A stretch of DNA of 62,954 nucleotides, the filler included, from Octopus bimaculoides (taxonomy: Eukaryota), in the NCBI RefSeq assembly GCF_001194135.2. It is 6 parts of 6 records of this genome, joined end to end, with 100 filler letters (N's around TTAATTAATTAA, not from the genome) between each part and the next. Parts side by side here need not be neighbours in the genome. Positions count along the whole stretch, not along the records: positions 1 to 8,931 come from NC_069010.1; positions 9,032 to 24,006 come from NC_068993.1; 4 more parts are not named here. One strand, 5' to 3'. The notes under the pieces were generated by a model that ran no database searches, was not told the origin of the DNA, and saw nothing but the letters and a program-made list of their open reading frames with translations. A program made the translations under genes and the position numbers. This document shows, one piece after another, positions 1-14,879 of the stretch. Numbering within the stretch: the stretch's first letter is position 1; each line of letters opens with the position of its first letter.

Positions 1-43
<43 letters not shown>

Positions 44-48
44 TATAT
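1..48. repeat. (TA)n microsatellite
   Basis: Direct reading. Confidence 0.95.
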
Positions 49-194
49 GTAGTAGAAATTAAATCAAAACTTGCCACTCACCTTACAGGTAAATTAAAAT
101 TACAAATAAATTGTGATTTCAGGTAAATAAAAAGCAAAACCGAAGTAAATTTTTTAAATATTTATACAGTCTAATAATATATATATTCAATATT

Positions 195-1385
195 CACACA
201 GTATTTCTGTCATGGAAACTTGTAAAACATCCTACTCAACATGCAGAATGCACATTGGAAAGAAGTTTCAACCGGCCATCCACTGGGAGTTTTTCTTTGT
301 TGACGTAGACATTCACGGCACTGCTTTTGTGACCCTCGATTTTTTCTAACTTATGGAGATTGGCTGAACTCAGAGGGATATCTCTGTGGTAGGTTTGGCT
401 TTTTCTTCCGACAGTTATTTTTGGGGAGGAATAACCTGTCCTCAACTGTGTTGCTACATCAACTCGGAACTGCAGATAGTTGCACCACTTTCGAGACCCT
501 CCTGATTTGGTATATAATATAAGTACACTTTCAATGCTCATGCTTACAATACACCAAACCAGGTATCACCACCATTTATTATGCAATCTCCCAACCGGAT
601 AATAACTCATCATTTGGTTCAGCCGATCCACGTACCTGTTATAATCAAAGTTCACAAACGGGGTGCCATTTTCATCGACACATGGTTGTGCACCAGTAGA
701 TAGAAAATTTATCTGCCTCTTATCTCTGTATGCGGTTGCTAGCAGATTTCCTTTCTGCTGTTGGATTATGTCACCTCTTTTTTTAATTTTGCATTTTTTA
801 TATCGAGTGGCAGCCCTTTTCTACTAGCAATTACTGTAGCACACGTATATGTTGTCACAGCTTCTAAATCCACCGCAAGTTTGACCAAACTAAGAAATCG
901 GTTAAAAAATAATATACAGCCCTAGTAATGGTGTGGAAGTGATAAATTCCAAACCACATCGTAAATTAGGCCATGCTGACTAACATTATTAACTCTTTTC
1001 CCTGTATAAAAACTAAATCCACAGCAGTACCCAGTATTTGCTTTACAAATTTTCCAAACTTTGACCCTCCACTTCGTGGGCTTTTCTGGCATATAGTCAG
1101 AAGTGTACCCTTCCTTTATACTCCATCGGCGGATAAGTATCTCTCAGGGTTGTAAAATGATTTATATGCACTTTGAATGCAGTCAATGAGGGGTCTTATT
1201 TTAAATAAGGGATCAAAGTTTGGTTCTCCACATACGGGGGTACTGCTAGTGTCTCTCACATGCAAATGCTGGTTCAGTTTCACGAATCGAATTTATGACA
1301 TAATACTAAAAACGTAATGATCGCCAAAAGGTTCCTGATTGCGCCAGCATTCTGTAATCGGTACTGTTTGGTCATTTCACCACCA
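195..1385 (-). mobile_element. piggyBac (PGBD-type) transposase relic, 5'-truncated, with frameshifts and stops
   Basis: Minus-strand translation across frames: MS*IRFVKLNQHLHVRD, FDPLFKIRPLID, YMPEKPTKWRVKVWKICKANTGY, SRKGLP, YRDKRQINFLST, DYNRYVDRLNQMMSYY, then a C-terminal Cys-rich domain (CREC...ETSFQCAFC...GCFTSFH). These match DDE_Tnp_1_7/piggyBac motifs. Confidence 0.9.
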
Positions 1386-1425
1386 TTAAAAATTTACCAT
1401 TAAAAATTTACCATTAAAAAATTAA
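1382..1425. repeat. 14-bp tandem repeat (ccattaaaaattta x3) at the piggyBac truncation point
   Basis: Direct reading. Confidence 0.85.
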
Positions 1426-1812
1426 GTTTGTAGCAACAAGAGATTGGATTTAAAGTGTTAGATCGTTTTGATTCAGTACTTCAACATATTGTTGATGTTT
1501 GGCCTCTTCAATAGGAATGGTAGGATTTGTTATAAAAAAAAAGTTATTAGATTTNNNNNNNNNNNNNNNNNNNNNNNNATAAGACGAATAATCTTTTCAG
1601 TTTTCATGTTTATTGATTTTTCATTTTTTTTTGTTTTGTTTTATTGAGGGTTAAACAATTTCTTTGTGTGGAGGAGATAACCAAAATTACCAATATTTTT
1701 CATAAAATGGGGGGAGATAACCCAATTTTTTAATGGGGGTGAGATAACCAAAAAGTACCTTGTAATCCTGGGTAATTGTCTTATACCCATAGTAATATTT
1801 ATGTCAAAAGAA

Positions 1813-2010
1813 GGCAGCAAGCTGGCCGAAACGTTAGCACACCGGGCGAAATACTTAGCGGTATTTCGTCTGTCTTTACTTTCTGAGTTCAAATTCCGCC
1901 AAGGTTGACTTTGCCTTTCAGCCTTTCAGGGTCGATAAATTAAGTACCAGTTGAACACTGGGGTTGGTCTAATCAACTAGTCCCCTCCCCCAAAATTTCG
2001 GTCCTTATGC
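1813..2010 (+). mobile_element. tRNA-derived SINE, family 1
   Basis: A-box-like head, B box gagttcaaattcc, conserved body (gtcgataaattaagtaccagtt). Other copies at about 31730-31890(-), 60930-61005(-), 61360-61460(+), 61490-61650(-). Confidence 0.75.
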
Positions 2011-2149
2011 CTAGAGATAGAAAAAATATTTATGGCAAAAAATGTCTGTATTTCTTCTACGCTTGCGGGCAAGCACAAGCTATCTTTTTTTTTTTCCAGT
2101 TTGTTTATATTCTGCATAACAGTAAGAATCCTACTGAGAAAATGAAGAC

Positions 2150-2770
2150 ATTTACATTCATTTTAATTATTGGGCTTACCACAAAAATTTGAAGGAGATT
2201 TGGTTACTATGTGAAGTCTGCCTTGTGACACCTACTTCATACTCAATCTTTTTGTTGAGAGAAATTTGGTTGCTTAATTAAAAATATTTAATAAGATCAT
2301 GTGCAATTCCTAGCAATGATCTGAAGCCTCCACTTGTGTGTGTTGTTATTACTTGTGAACACCCTTACCTACTGGACCACGAAAACAGTAACAAGTTACA
2401 AAAGAAAATTAAATTATTTAAATTTATTTCAGTTATTGGGTTTACTATAAAGATATGAGGGAAATCTGGTACGTGAAGGCTGCTTTGTGGCCCCTTCTTC
2501 ACACATACAACCTATTTGTTGAAGGAAATTTGGTTGCTTAAATATAAATATTTAATAAGATCCTTTGTAATTCCTGGCAAAGATTTGAAACCACCAGTTC
2601 TAAACAACCTTACTTACTGCACCACCAAAGCAGAAACAATCTTAATGAGAAAATTAAGATACCTGATTTTATTTCAATTATTGGGTTACTATGAAGATAA
2701 TTTGGTTATTATGTCAAGGCTGCTTTGTGACCCCTTCTTCACACACAGACAGAAATTTTTGGGCAATAAA
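2150..2770. repeat. Diverged tandem repeat, unit about 255 bp, about 2.5 copies
   Basis: aaatttggttgcttaa...taataagatc recurs at 2263 and 2527; ttattggg...ctgctttgtg..ccccttcttcacaca recurs at about 2165, 2430 and 2675. Confidence 0.75.
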
Positions 2771-2809
2771 TTGTGCTTGAGAATACTTGTTGAGTCAAGT
2801 AAAATCATT

Positions 2810-3297
2810 GCTGTGTTCGATGCCAGTACCGCCTGAATGGCTCCCATGCCAGTGGCACATAAGATGCACCATGCGAACGTAGCCGATGCCAGTACCGCCC
2901 GAATGGTGCGCATGCCAGTGGCACATAAAATGTACCATATGAATGTGGTCGATGCCAGTACCACCTGACTGGTCTCGTGCTGGTGACATGTAAAAAGAAC
3001 CATTTGAGTGTGGTCATTGCCAGTTCCGCCTGACTGGCTTCCATACCTGTGGTATGTAAAAAGCACCATTCAAGCGTGGTCGATGCCAGTACTGTCTAAC
3101 CGGCCTTCGTGCCGGTAGCATGCAAAAATCACCTACTACATTCTTGGAGTGGTTGGTGTTAAGAACAGCATCCAGCTATATAAACCTTGCCAAACCACAT
3201 TGGAGCCTGATGCAGCCTTCTGGTTTGCCACTCCTCAGTCAAACAGCCCAACCCATTCCAGCATGGAAAGCGGACGTTAAATGATGATGATGATGAT
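2810..3297 (+). mobile_element. RTE LINE 3'-UTR fragment with five about 64-bp internal repeats and a (TGA)n tail
   Basis: Matches the 3' end of the RTE at 50060-50395 (tgccagtacc.cctgactggc units; ...gcatggaaagcggacgttaaa + tgatgatga). Confidence 0.8.
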
Positions 3298-4499
3298 ATA
3301 TATATATATAAACGTCAGTGGAAGTGCAATGGCCCTGTGGTTAGGGCAACAAGCTTGCAATCAAGAGACACCTCGATGCCTAATCTCCCTAGAGATACCT
3401 CTAGTTCAGTTTCCCTTTTCCTCCTAAATGTGAGTAGCCATGTTGCTCCTTCACTTCACCTTGCTTTGCATCAAACCCTTCCCTCACAGTGTTACCCCTA
3501 TCTCCCTTATAGCTGTAACATCTTCACTCTCCGGGTTTGTTCATTTGCGAGCTACATTATGCCCTCTGTAGTTGTAGTTCCAGTGACACGAGAAAAGCAC
3601 ACAGTACAGTGTGTAAAGTGGTTAGGATTTGGAAATGCATCCAGTCGTAGAAACCATGCCAAAGCAGACACTGCGGAACAATCACGAACTGTTTTAAGAA
3701 TCCCTAAATTTCTAGGACTTCCACTTCCAGATTGATTAAAATCTCTCATACTTTCAAACTCTCAAATCACTAATTTCCAGCCTATGTTGTTAAGCCCATT
3801 CCTTACCAGGGAAGAACTGTGCATTCACAATTATCTGCCTATCCTGCTTTCTAGTGATAATGTAGCCAATCTGAATTGGGCGTCACAAGATTCATAATCG
3901 ATCAAGAGGCTGGTAGGTTACCCAGAGTTCTGAAGTTAGGGTTGACAAAAACAGGGTGGGGTTCAGAATAAAGATCTCCTCCCAAATTGTCTATTCCCAA
4001 TTTTATGAAAACAATCTTAATCTGGACCTTTGAAAACTGAATTCAGTAAAGTTTAATTTGCAGAAACCATTATTCAGAAACTAACAAGGAATTAGTCTGG
4101 TGCGGGACACTAAACTATATTTATGCCTCATGTTCTCCCTTTGTGATCTCTTCTGTTTTGTATTTGTGGTTCATTGTTTTTGTCAATATTTGACAACTTT
4201 ACAATATTCCTGTGTATGAAAATATCATAACTTATGTTGTTATACAACATATTTAATGAGTGAAACATTTAAATTACAGTAAATATACTGTAATTACAGG
4301 ATGTGATATCCAAGAAAAAATAATGTGGCGGTTTGTCAGGGGGAGAAGATTTGGTATAGAAGTCCTTACATCATGGAAAGGAAACTGCATGAGTGGTCAA
4401 GAAAGGAGAGGGAGAAAAATATTGCAAAAACAAAAATCTAAAATTTTTGGAAATACTTTAATCATAATTTCCATTGCATGAAACACAGGAATATTAAAC

Positions 4500-5770
<1,271 letters not shown>

Positions 5771-5979
5771 AAATCCTATAGAAATGTAACATAGATGTTA
5801 AATTGTGATGATGATGATACTATGTGTGTAATATCGATAGCAATATATTGAAAGGTAAAGGGAAAAACGAGAGTTAGCTGCAAGAAAAAACTTCATATAA
5901 GACACAAGTTTATATGATGGCCTTAAGAGACAAACATTTTACACATCACAAGATCAGACTCTGCAACTTTGTAAATATA

Positions 5980-6140
5980 AATATTGGTACACAGGGTGTT
6001 CAGATTAAATTTCAAGGTATTTTTTTATGTCTCCTTCATTCAGGAAAAACTTTATGTATTGGTGAAAAGTCAATGGTGTTGAAGAGTCGAATAAAATTAA
6101 TCTAACATGAAGGACTGGAAGCCATCTGAGTATTGAACCC
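5980..6140 (+). mobile_element. 5' end (TIR region) of a maT/DD37D mariner-like element
   Basis: acagggtgttcagattaaatt...ggactggaagccatctga matches 50451-50610 and 31973-32130. Confidence 0.6.
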
Positions 6141-6229
6141 TCTCATATGTTCACATTACAAAGGCTTTCTCATATTCATGCTCTATATTGAGTAGCTTTT
6201 CATATTTGCACTTACATGCCTCTTTATTT

Positions 6230-6620
6230 TCAGTCACAGAATGCAACCATGATATTATCCTTCTGCACTAAATTTCCTCTGCTAAGCTATCCTGCAAAAC
6301 AGAGTTCTTCATATTTTTGATCCTGAAGCTGTAGAATATTGGCATACCTCTTTTCCGTTGTCGTTTCCTTTAGCTAAATGGACTTTTCTCCTAGATTTTG
6401 TTCAAGCTAAAAACTGTCCCCATTCTTTCAAACCCATCAACATGTCTCTGCTTTTATAGCTCTGCACACTTCCCTGTTCAACCATCACATCGCCCGTCAC
6501 CTGGCTGGCATTTTCTACCTGGCACAGATTTGTTTTGCAGCTCTACATGAACTGTCTCAAGAACTTCCAATTGTCCTCTATCTCCTACTTTTCATCAAAG
6601 GCTTTAATTACTACATCTCC
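6230..6620 (-). mobile_element. RTE LINE relic (endonuclease-RT linker region)
   Basis: Minus-strand EDNWKFLRQF...NREVCRAIK resembles EDNWTFLQDN...VVDRAIRQKK of the RTE at 47.7 kb. Confidence 0.55.
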
Positions 6621-7375
6621 GATTGGTTTTAAGGATTCATAAGTTTCAAGGAACTCTCTCAGACCCTCAAACTCAAAGTCTCAAAACATTAACTGCCAAC
6701 CTATTTTCTTAAGTTCTTTCATCACATTAATAGTTGAGGAAGGTGCTGGTAGGTTTCTCCACATTCAGAATTTAGGGCTGAGGAAAATAGGATGGGGTTG
6801 AGAATAAGGATCTCCTCGAAAATGTTTCTTTTCAATCTTATGGAAATAATCTTAATCTGGACCTTTGAAAACCTATCTCTGCAAAGTTTAATTTAAAGAA
6901 ACCACTATTCAGAAACCAGCAACGAATCAGTCTGGTGTGGGGCACTAAACTATACTTATGCTTCATGTTCTTCCTTTGTGATCTCTTCTGTTTTGTACTT
7001 GGGGGTCATTGTTTATGTAAATATTTCACCACCGTACAATATTCCTGAGTATAAAAAATTAATAACTTATGTCATTTTATTACATATTTAATGAGAGAAG
7101 CATTCAAAAGATAATAAACATGCAATGATTACAGGATGTGATATTCAAGTAAGAATAATGTGTAGGGTTGTCAGGGCCAGAAGATTTGAAATAGAGAAGT
7201 CCTTACATCATAGAAAGGAAACTGCAGGAGTGGTCACGAAAGGAGTGGGGGGATGAATATTGTGAAAGCAAAAGAAATAAATCTGAAATTTTTGGAAATA
7301 ATTTAGTCATAATTTCCATTGCACAAAACAGAGGAATATTAAACAAAAACAGCAAACAAGAAACTATAGAAACTA

Positions 7376-8447
<1,072 letters not shown>

Positions 8448-8689
8448 CTGAAATTATAGAGAAACAAAAGTGTAAAATGTCGAGACTACTTAAAAAATAC
8501 AGATTCATTTCTATTGAGATAAACTGCAGAAACAAACATTTACATTAAAAACTGAGCTGGATGCCACACTCTCAAAATGAATGGAATACATGGAAGTGAG
8601 ACACAAGATGATATGGGAGAAAGTGCTGATGAGCAAAGTCAGGATGCTGAACCTATCAGGTGATATGATAAAAACGCAGATGCCCAGGT

Positions 8690-8830
8690 ACTACTCAAGC
8701 AGAGCGGACCCGAACGCGCAGTCGCGCTTCCGCTCTAGCCAGTCGTGAGTGGTCGATCCTACGAAAAGTGCGCGCATGCGCGCGTGCAAATGAATACATG
8801 TGTGCGTGTGCGCGCGTATGCAAATTAATA
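8690..8830 (-). promoter_or_regulatory. CpG-rich putative promoter of the zinc-finger gene
   Basis: Dense CpG patch with an NRF1-like GCGCATGCGC (8771-8780), octamer ATGCAAAT (8818-8825) and an ETS-like GCGGAAG on the minus strand. It lies about 250 bp upstream of the zinc-finger exon acceptor. Confidence 0.5.
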
Positions 8831-9031
8831 AATAATTTCTTTTAAACAAAGTAAATAATTTTTTTAAAATTACTTTTTTCTTTTCTAAACAACGTAGATA
8901 GGTAAAAGGAATAAAAATAACACACTATCTGNNNNNNNNNNNNNNNNNNNNNNNNNNNNNNNNNNNNNNNNNNNNTTAATTAATTAANNNNNNNNNNNNN
9001 NNNNNNNNNNNNNNNNNNNNNNNNNNNNNNN

Positions 9032-9500
9032 CTCCTCATTGATATGACTGTCCCAATCGATATAAACGTATCTGTCAAGACCTACCAAAAACTGAGCAAA
9101 TATAAAGATCTTGAAATAGAAATTAGCAAAATGTGGAATCTGAAGACGAAAACAATACCTATTGTCATAGGTGTCCTGGGAATGACAGCGAAACGGGCTG
9201 ATTACTACCTAGCTCAGATACCAGGAAACCCCAAAATGGCTGAAGTTCAAAAGATAGTGCTCATGGGAACTGCCCATATCCTACGTAAAATACTGTCTAT
9301 GTGATCTCAAATTTTAAAACAAACACATAATTTTCTTATGGTTTCTTAAACATTCTCTAGAACAACACTGTACAAATCCAAATATATGGTACCCTAGGCA
9401 TTACACCTACATAAACTTATAACTTGTCTCTTGAGGTCTCTGGGTGAGACTTGGATCCAAATTGTACAAATGCAAAGCAAAAGTCAAACATAAAATGATA
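9032..9500 (+). mobile_element. R4/Dong-clade non-LTR retrotransposon 3' end (REL endonuclease C-terminus and 3' UTR with (AAT)n tail)
   Basis: ORF 9044-9304: KLSKYKDLEIEISKMW...IPIVIGVLG...QKIVLMGTAHILRK. Confidence 0.85.
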
Positions 9501-10499
9501 ATATAATAATAATAATAAGTGTTAACTGCAAACGTAAACAGACTGTATATGAAAAGAAAGAAAGGTAGCAGAGGACTGAATAGTATAGACCATTGTATAA
9601 GGAGTAAAAGGAGAACGCTTGCCGAGTATTTGATAGTGACGAAGGTCTACTGCAATATACCGGGACCTATATTATTGATAATCTTAAATGCTATAGGTAG
9701 AATGATGCTGGTAACGATAATCACTGTGGTTATAGAAGCGACATAATGCAAGCACGTTATTTATATATATATATATGTGCCCGTGTATATACAAATACAG
9801 GAAGAGAGAGATGGGATATCAATAATAACTCCCGTGGGAACACCACGAACGACTCCTGAGATCATGATGCAACACACGTCGAGAATGAAGCTATAGCCGA
9901 TCATGGTGAAGATTTCCCGTCCGGCACGTCCGAAACCGTCCGTATCAGGGGCAGTGATCTAGCCTCGGAGCGTCGTTATGTCACAATATGTTACACTTAT
10001 TGAGTGACATGAAAGAGCAAAGCTGGAAAGAGGTCGTAGAGTAGGCTGAGGTACGATGAAAATTTGGATAGAAAAAGACATGTGTCCAATGTCAAAAAAT
10101 AAGCTAATGAACCAAGTCAGAGTGATTCGAGGAAGGATAACTTAACTGGAGTAGAAATATCTCGGTTTATTGAGAGTCTGAGAGACACTGCACATGGGCT
10201 ACAAAGGATGGTGGAGGTTGAAAAGAGAGAGGTAGTTGAAAGCAGGGAGAAGATTAGACGGGAGTAACAGGGGAATGGTGATGGGGCTGTTAAGGATGAG
10301 TAACAGGAACGTTATACAGTGACCATGATTCGGCGGTAGGTGGACATGCAGGGGAAATGAACCAACTAGATAAGGAATGGCTTGAAATTCAAAGACGACT
10401 CACCGACTTGATGAATGTTCCAGAAGAAAAAATCCCCATGAATATGAGAAGGGTAGATAAATAAAGTAACTCAAAAGATAAATACTATCATAGCATACA

Positions 10500-12500
10500 T
10501 CTATGCGGAGAACATAACACAAACAAGGTACCTTCTCCGGGCTATTGCGCTACTTGTTGAAGAGAAATAACAACTTAAAAGAACAAAAAAATGGTGGAGA
10601 TAAAGAACCATGGTGGAAACGATGCACTGAAAGGGACATAATGCGGGAAAGGCAAGATCTGGAAAAAACTGAGGAATGGTTAAGAGGAAACTGAAAAAAT
10701 GGGGAAAAAAATCGTCCGAGAAAAATTAAAGAAGAAATGTAAAATACGGAAGAACTGGTTTGACGCAATAATAGATCAGTTAAAACAGAGGATCATGCAA
10801 AAAGCCAGATCAGAAGATTTGTGAACAGAAAGAAGCAGTTCGAGGAGAACAGATTGTTCAAAAATAACCTGAAGCAATTTTTTCAAACGTTAGAAGGAAA
10901 CAATGGAGAAAATGTTGCTCCTGATGCAAATCAAGCCAAGAAGTTCTGGAGAGATTTACGGAGAAACAATGTGGTGCATAAAAGGGATGCAATGTGGATA
11001 GGAACTATCAAGACAGAATTACAAGGAGGATAGAAGAAATATTGTCATAAATACGGATGACGTGAAAGAACAAGTGAGTAAGGTGCCTAAATGGAAATCC
11101 CCCGGATCAGATGGGATTCATGGCTTCTGCTTGAAGAGATGCCACGCGGTGTATGAAAGAATAGCAGCCCAATTGAACGAGCGTGCCCAGAAAGATACAT
11201 TCCCCGGGTGGATGGTGACTGGGAGGACAACACCTGTAATGAAAGATAGAAGAAAGGTGAACATTGTGGGGAAACTACCATCCCATAGCGTGCCTAAACA
11301 TAATCTGGAATATACTCACTGGAATATGTGCGGCAAAGACATACGCTTTCCTGGCACAGAAAGAAATGATACCAAAGGAACAAAAAGGATCTAGGAATAG
11401 TTCTCAGGGTACCAAGGATCACCTGGTCATCGATAAAACAGTTTTGAGGCATTGTTTATGGGTTGGATTGACTTTGACAATGCAAGCCAAGACTTGAATT
11501 GACATGTTTATGGCTTGGATTGACTTTAAGAAGGTATATGATATAGCGCTTCATTCTTGGATCGTTGAAAGCCTGCAGATATTTGGTGTTGCTGACAACA
11601 TCACAAATTTTATGATGCATAGCATGAAAGGTAGAAAACCAAATTGTACTCAAGTAATGCATTCTTTGGAGAAGGTAATATTAAAAGGGATATCTTTCAA
11701 GGTGACTCGTTTTCCCCGTTACTTTTTTGAAACTGTGCTAATACATATAATAATGATATCTAGGAAAGTTAAGATGGGTTACCCATGTGGGAAGAAAGGA
11801 CCATCATTGAACCAGCTTCTGTTTATGGATGACCTGAAATTGTTTGAGAAATGAGATAGATTCCTTAACCAAAACAGTCCAGAAGTGTGGTAGGGACATC
11901 GGCATGGAATTCATACTTAATATAAAAAGAGGCAAGAAAACAGCCTGCAGGGGATTGCAGTTACCATCAGGAGAGACCATGGGTGAACCCGATATTCGTG
12001 GGTATAGATATGTAGGAATTTTGGAGCTGCATGACATTCTACAAAGAGAAATGAAAGTCAAAATCAGCGAGGCGTATCAAAAAAGGATGAAGATGGTGTT
12101 GAAATCCAACCCGAATGCCATAAATTTGATTACCGTAATGAATATTTGAGCAGTTGCGGTGGTCAGATCTAGTGCGTTCATCCTCAAATGGTCTAAGGAG
12201 GAAATATCAACACTGGATAGAAGGACGTGAAAGTTGATGACGTTGAATGGAGCGCTACACCCTAAAACAAACGTAAATAGACTGTATATGAAAAGAAAGA
12301 ATGGTGGCAGAGGGCTAATTAGTATACACCATTCTATAAGGAGGAAAAGGAGAATGCTTGCCGAGTACTTGGTAAATAGTGATGAATATCTGCTGCAATA
12401 TGTGCGAAAGATATGGGTGTAAATGTAGATGAAACGATGGGCGAGGAAGAGTTTAACCAAAGAGAGAACGCCACTGGAAAATACGGAAACTAAAAGAAGC
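10500..12500 (+). mobile_element. R4/Dong-clade reverse transcriptase relic (frameshifted)
   Basis: KWKSPGSDGIHGF, GNYHPIACL, EQKG...GTKDHLVIDK, AWIDFKKVYD...HSWI, QLLFMDDLKLF, RLYMKRKNGGRGL. A duplicate thumb fragment lies at 9519-9640. Confidence 0.88.
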
Positions 12501-12633
12501 AGCACATATGTTAGGACACAACAATCTCCTAAGCAGACCGAGTGCAGATATGAATAGCATATGGGAACCGGTATTAAGAAAGGATAGGAAAATATTAGAT
12601 TTATAAACCCTAAACCCTATTAGCTTTATAAAC

Positions 12634-12707
12634 CACGGGCATATGGCGTAGTGGTTAAGAGCGCGGGTTACTAATCCGAAGATTCAGAGTTCGATTCCAG
12701 GCAGTGA

Positions 12708-12743
<36 letters not shown>

Positions 12744-12910
12744 CAACAACTATAACAACATCGAAAAATACCTTAGGAATCAGAACCCAGGTTCGAAATT
12801 TCCCCAAGACACCTGATGAAGGCTGGAAGGTATATCAGCCGATGCGTTGTGTTAACAACATACAAATGGGGATAAATATCCGTCAAATGTAAATAATGTA
12901 AATAATGTAT
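12634..12910 (+). mobile_element. tRNA-headed SINE-like element with an (AAT)n spacer and a decayed hammerhead-ribozyme motif
   Basis: A box tggcgtagtgg (12644-12654), B box gttcgattcc (12689-12698), then gacac-CTGATGA-a-ggctg..cagcc-GAtgC-GTT-gtgtt (12808-12853). Confidence 0.65.
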
Positions 12911-12949
12911 GTAATATACAATATATATATAACGATCCTCCATGTTTAT

Positions 12950-13641
12950 TTTCATTCTGTTTCCTTGTCATGTTTTGTTCCCAACTTTGATCCTCCATAA
13001 ATCCTAAATTTCATGTTACAATTTATGGGAGCAACTGTCTTTGGAGACTCATATCGTCGTTGAATGCTCGACATGGGGAGTAGATAGGCAGCCGACAACT
13101 GATGAAGGGTCATTCTTCTGTGTTTATTTGTCCTGTTTTCCATTTTTCTTCTCGTTGTTTACGTATTTCATGTTATTTGCACCGTTAGTGAAGCCCTGTA
13201 CCCATATATGCATCTATGTGTGTATATATATATATATGTATATATATAGTATATTACATGCTATATATAATTTATTATTTGTTATTTAATTGAACGCGAC
13301 GTATCCATTTCCATTTAAGTTTATCTTCACCTTTTTGATGTGACTCTCTATTCTGTTTTCGTCCTCCGTCCTTCTCCAATTCCCTTTTCTCCCCGCTCTC
13401 TACTTCACCGTTTTCTACCTGTCTCTCTCTCCCAACTTTCTCTTCAACTGTCTTTGAAGACTCATACTGTCGTTTAATGCGCGAAATGAGGAGTAGATAG
13501 ACAGCCGACAACTGATGAAGTATGCTTTCTCTGTGTTTACTTGTCCTGTTTTCCATTTTTCTTCTCGTTGTTTACGTATTTAACTCGTTTGTTTGCGTAC
13601 TTCAGGTTATTTGCACCGTTAGTGAAGTCCTATACCCATAT

Positions 13642-13688
<47 letters not shown>

Positions 13689-13810
13689 TATATATATATA
13701 TATATATTATTTATCATTCATTATTTAATCGAACGCGAAGCATCCATTTCCAAGTAAGTTTATCTTCAACTTTTCGATGCGGCCCTCTACTCTATACTGT
13801 TTTCTTCTTC
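12950..13810 (+). repeat. Tandem repeat of about 430 bp (about 2 copies); dispersed copy inverted at about 54430-55000
   Basis: cagccgacaactgatgaag at about 13089 and 13502; its reverse complement cttcatcagttgttggctg at about 54559. Confidence 0.75.
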
Positions 13811-14815
13811 ATCCTTCTGTTCATATGGTTAGATTTTATTACAATGCGAAAATATCATGTTTTACTACAGAAATATGTCTATAATGTTTAGGAATAATAT
13901 GGATATATATATATTCAATTTTTCACACTTATTATTTAAATTTAAATTAATATGTTCTCTAACCGGCAAAATTCACTGCAGAATTATTTCCGGTATTTGG
14001 CGCGCCAAAACGAAGACTTTTGAAATATAACCCCAAATCTAATTCGTAGAACTATACACATGTTCAATCTCATACGGACGTCTCGTGTATAGTTCTGCAA
14101 ATCATATTGCAAAGGACGATCATACTGAAGAGCTGCAAACAATTACGTAAGTAACTACGTAAGTTCACAAGGTAACCGGTCTATGACTAATTCTTTATAT
14201 TTTGTATCCTTTCATTTGTCTTGTTCGCTTTACTTTCTGATGTTTGCTGAATTATCTTGAGAGTAATCTTTTCTTAGTGGTCAGACCGTAGGTGGTCTTC
14301 TTCTAGCAAAAGGGATGCCCACTTAGTGGTCATCCCTCTTATGTATATGTCATATATATAGATGTGTAGTTTTAAGTTTCATATGTATATAGATTAAAAG
14401 TATGAACAGTCATTAATGCTGGATTATAAGATTTGACAAAATAAAAGATAAAATCTCAATTAGCAGCATTTATGTAAAAATAGAGGTTGTAATAAAAAAT
14501 ATAAATTAGGTGTTGTTTAATGGTAATTATATGTGTATTCTATTTTAAAATGAGATAAGTATTATATATTGATAGAAAGAGTTCAAATAAATTTTTGAAT
14601 AATATAATTACAAAGTGCAGAGATCAATAGATTAAATTTATACTTATATAATGATATTAAATATGGTTTATATAATAATTGCTTTAATAAATAAGTATAC
14701 TATTAACAATTGTTTAAACTGTGGGTTATATGGGTGTCCTAAATATTGAAATTTTTAAGTGGTGGAGTATTGAATATGATGCTGAGAAGAAATATACAAT
14801 TTACTTTTCTCAATG

Positions 14816-14864
<49 letters not shown>

Positions 14865-14879
14865 AGTGTAAAAAAATGA

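Noticed and set aside
8976-8988. ttaattaattaa flanked by Ns (also about 24051, 43680, 55858, 61738)
   Set aside because: An identical 12-mer centred in N runs is a scaffolding/gap marker, not biology.
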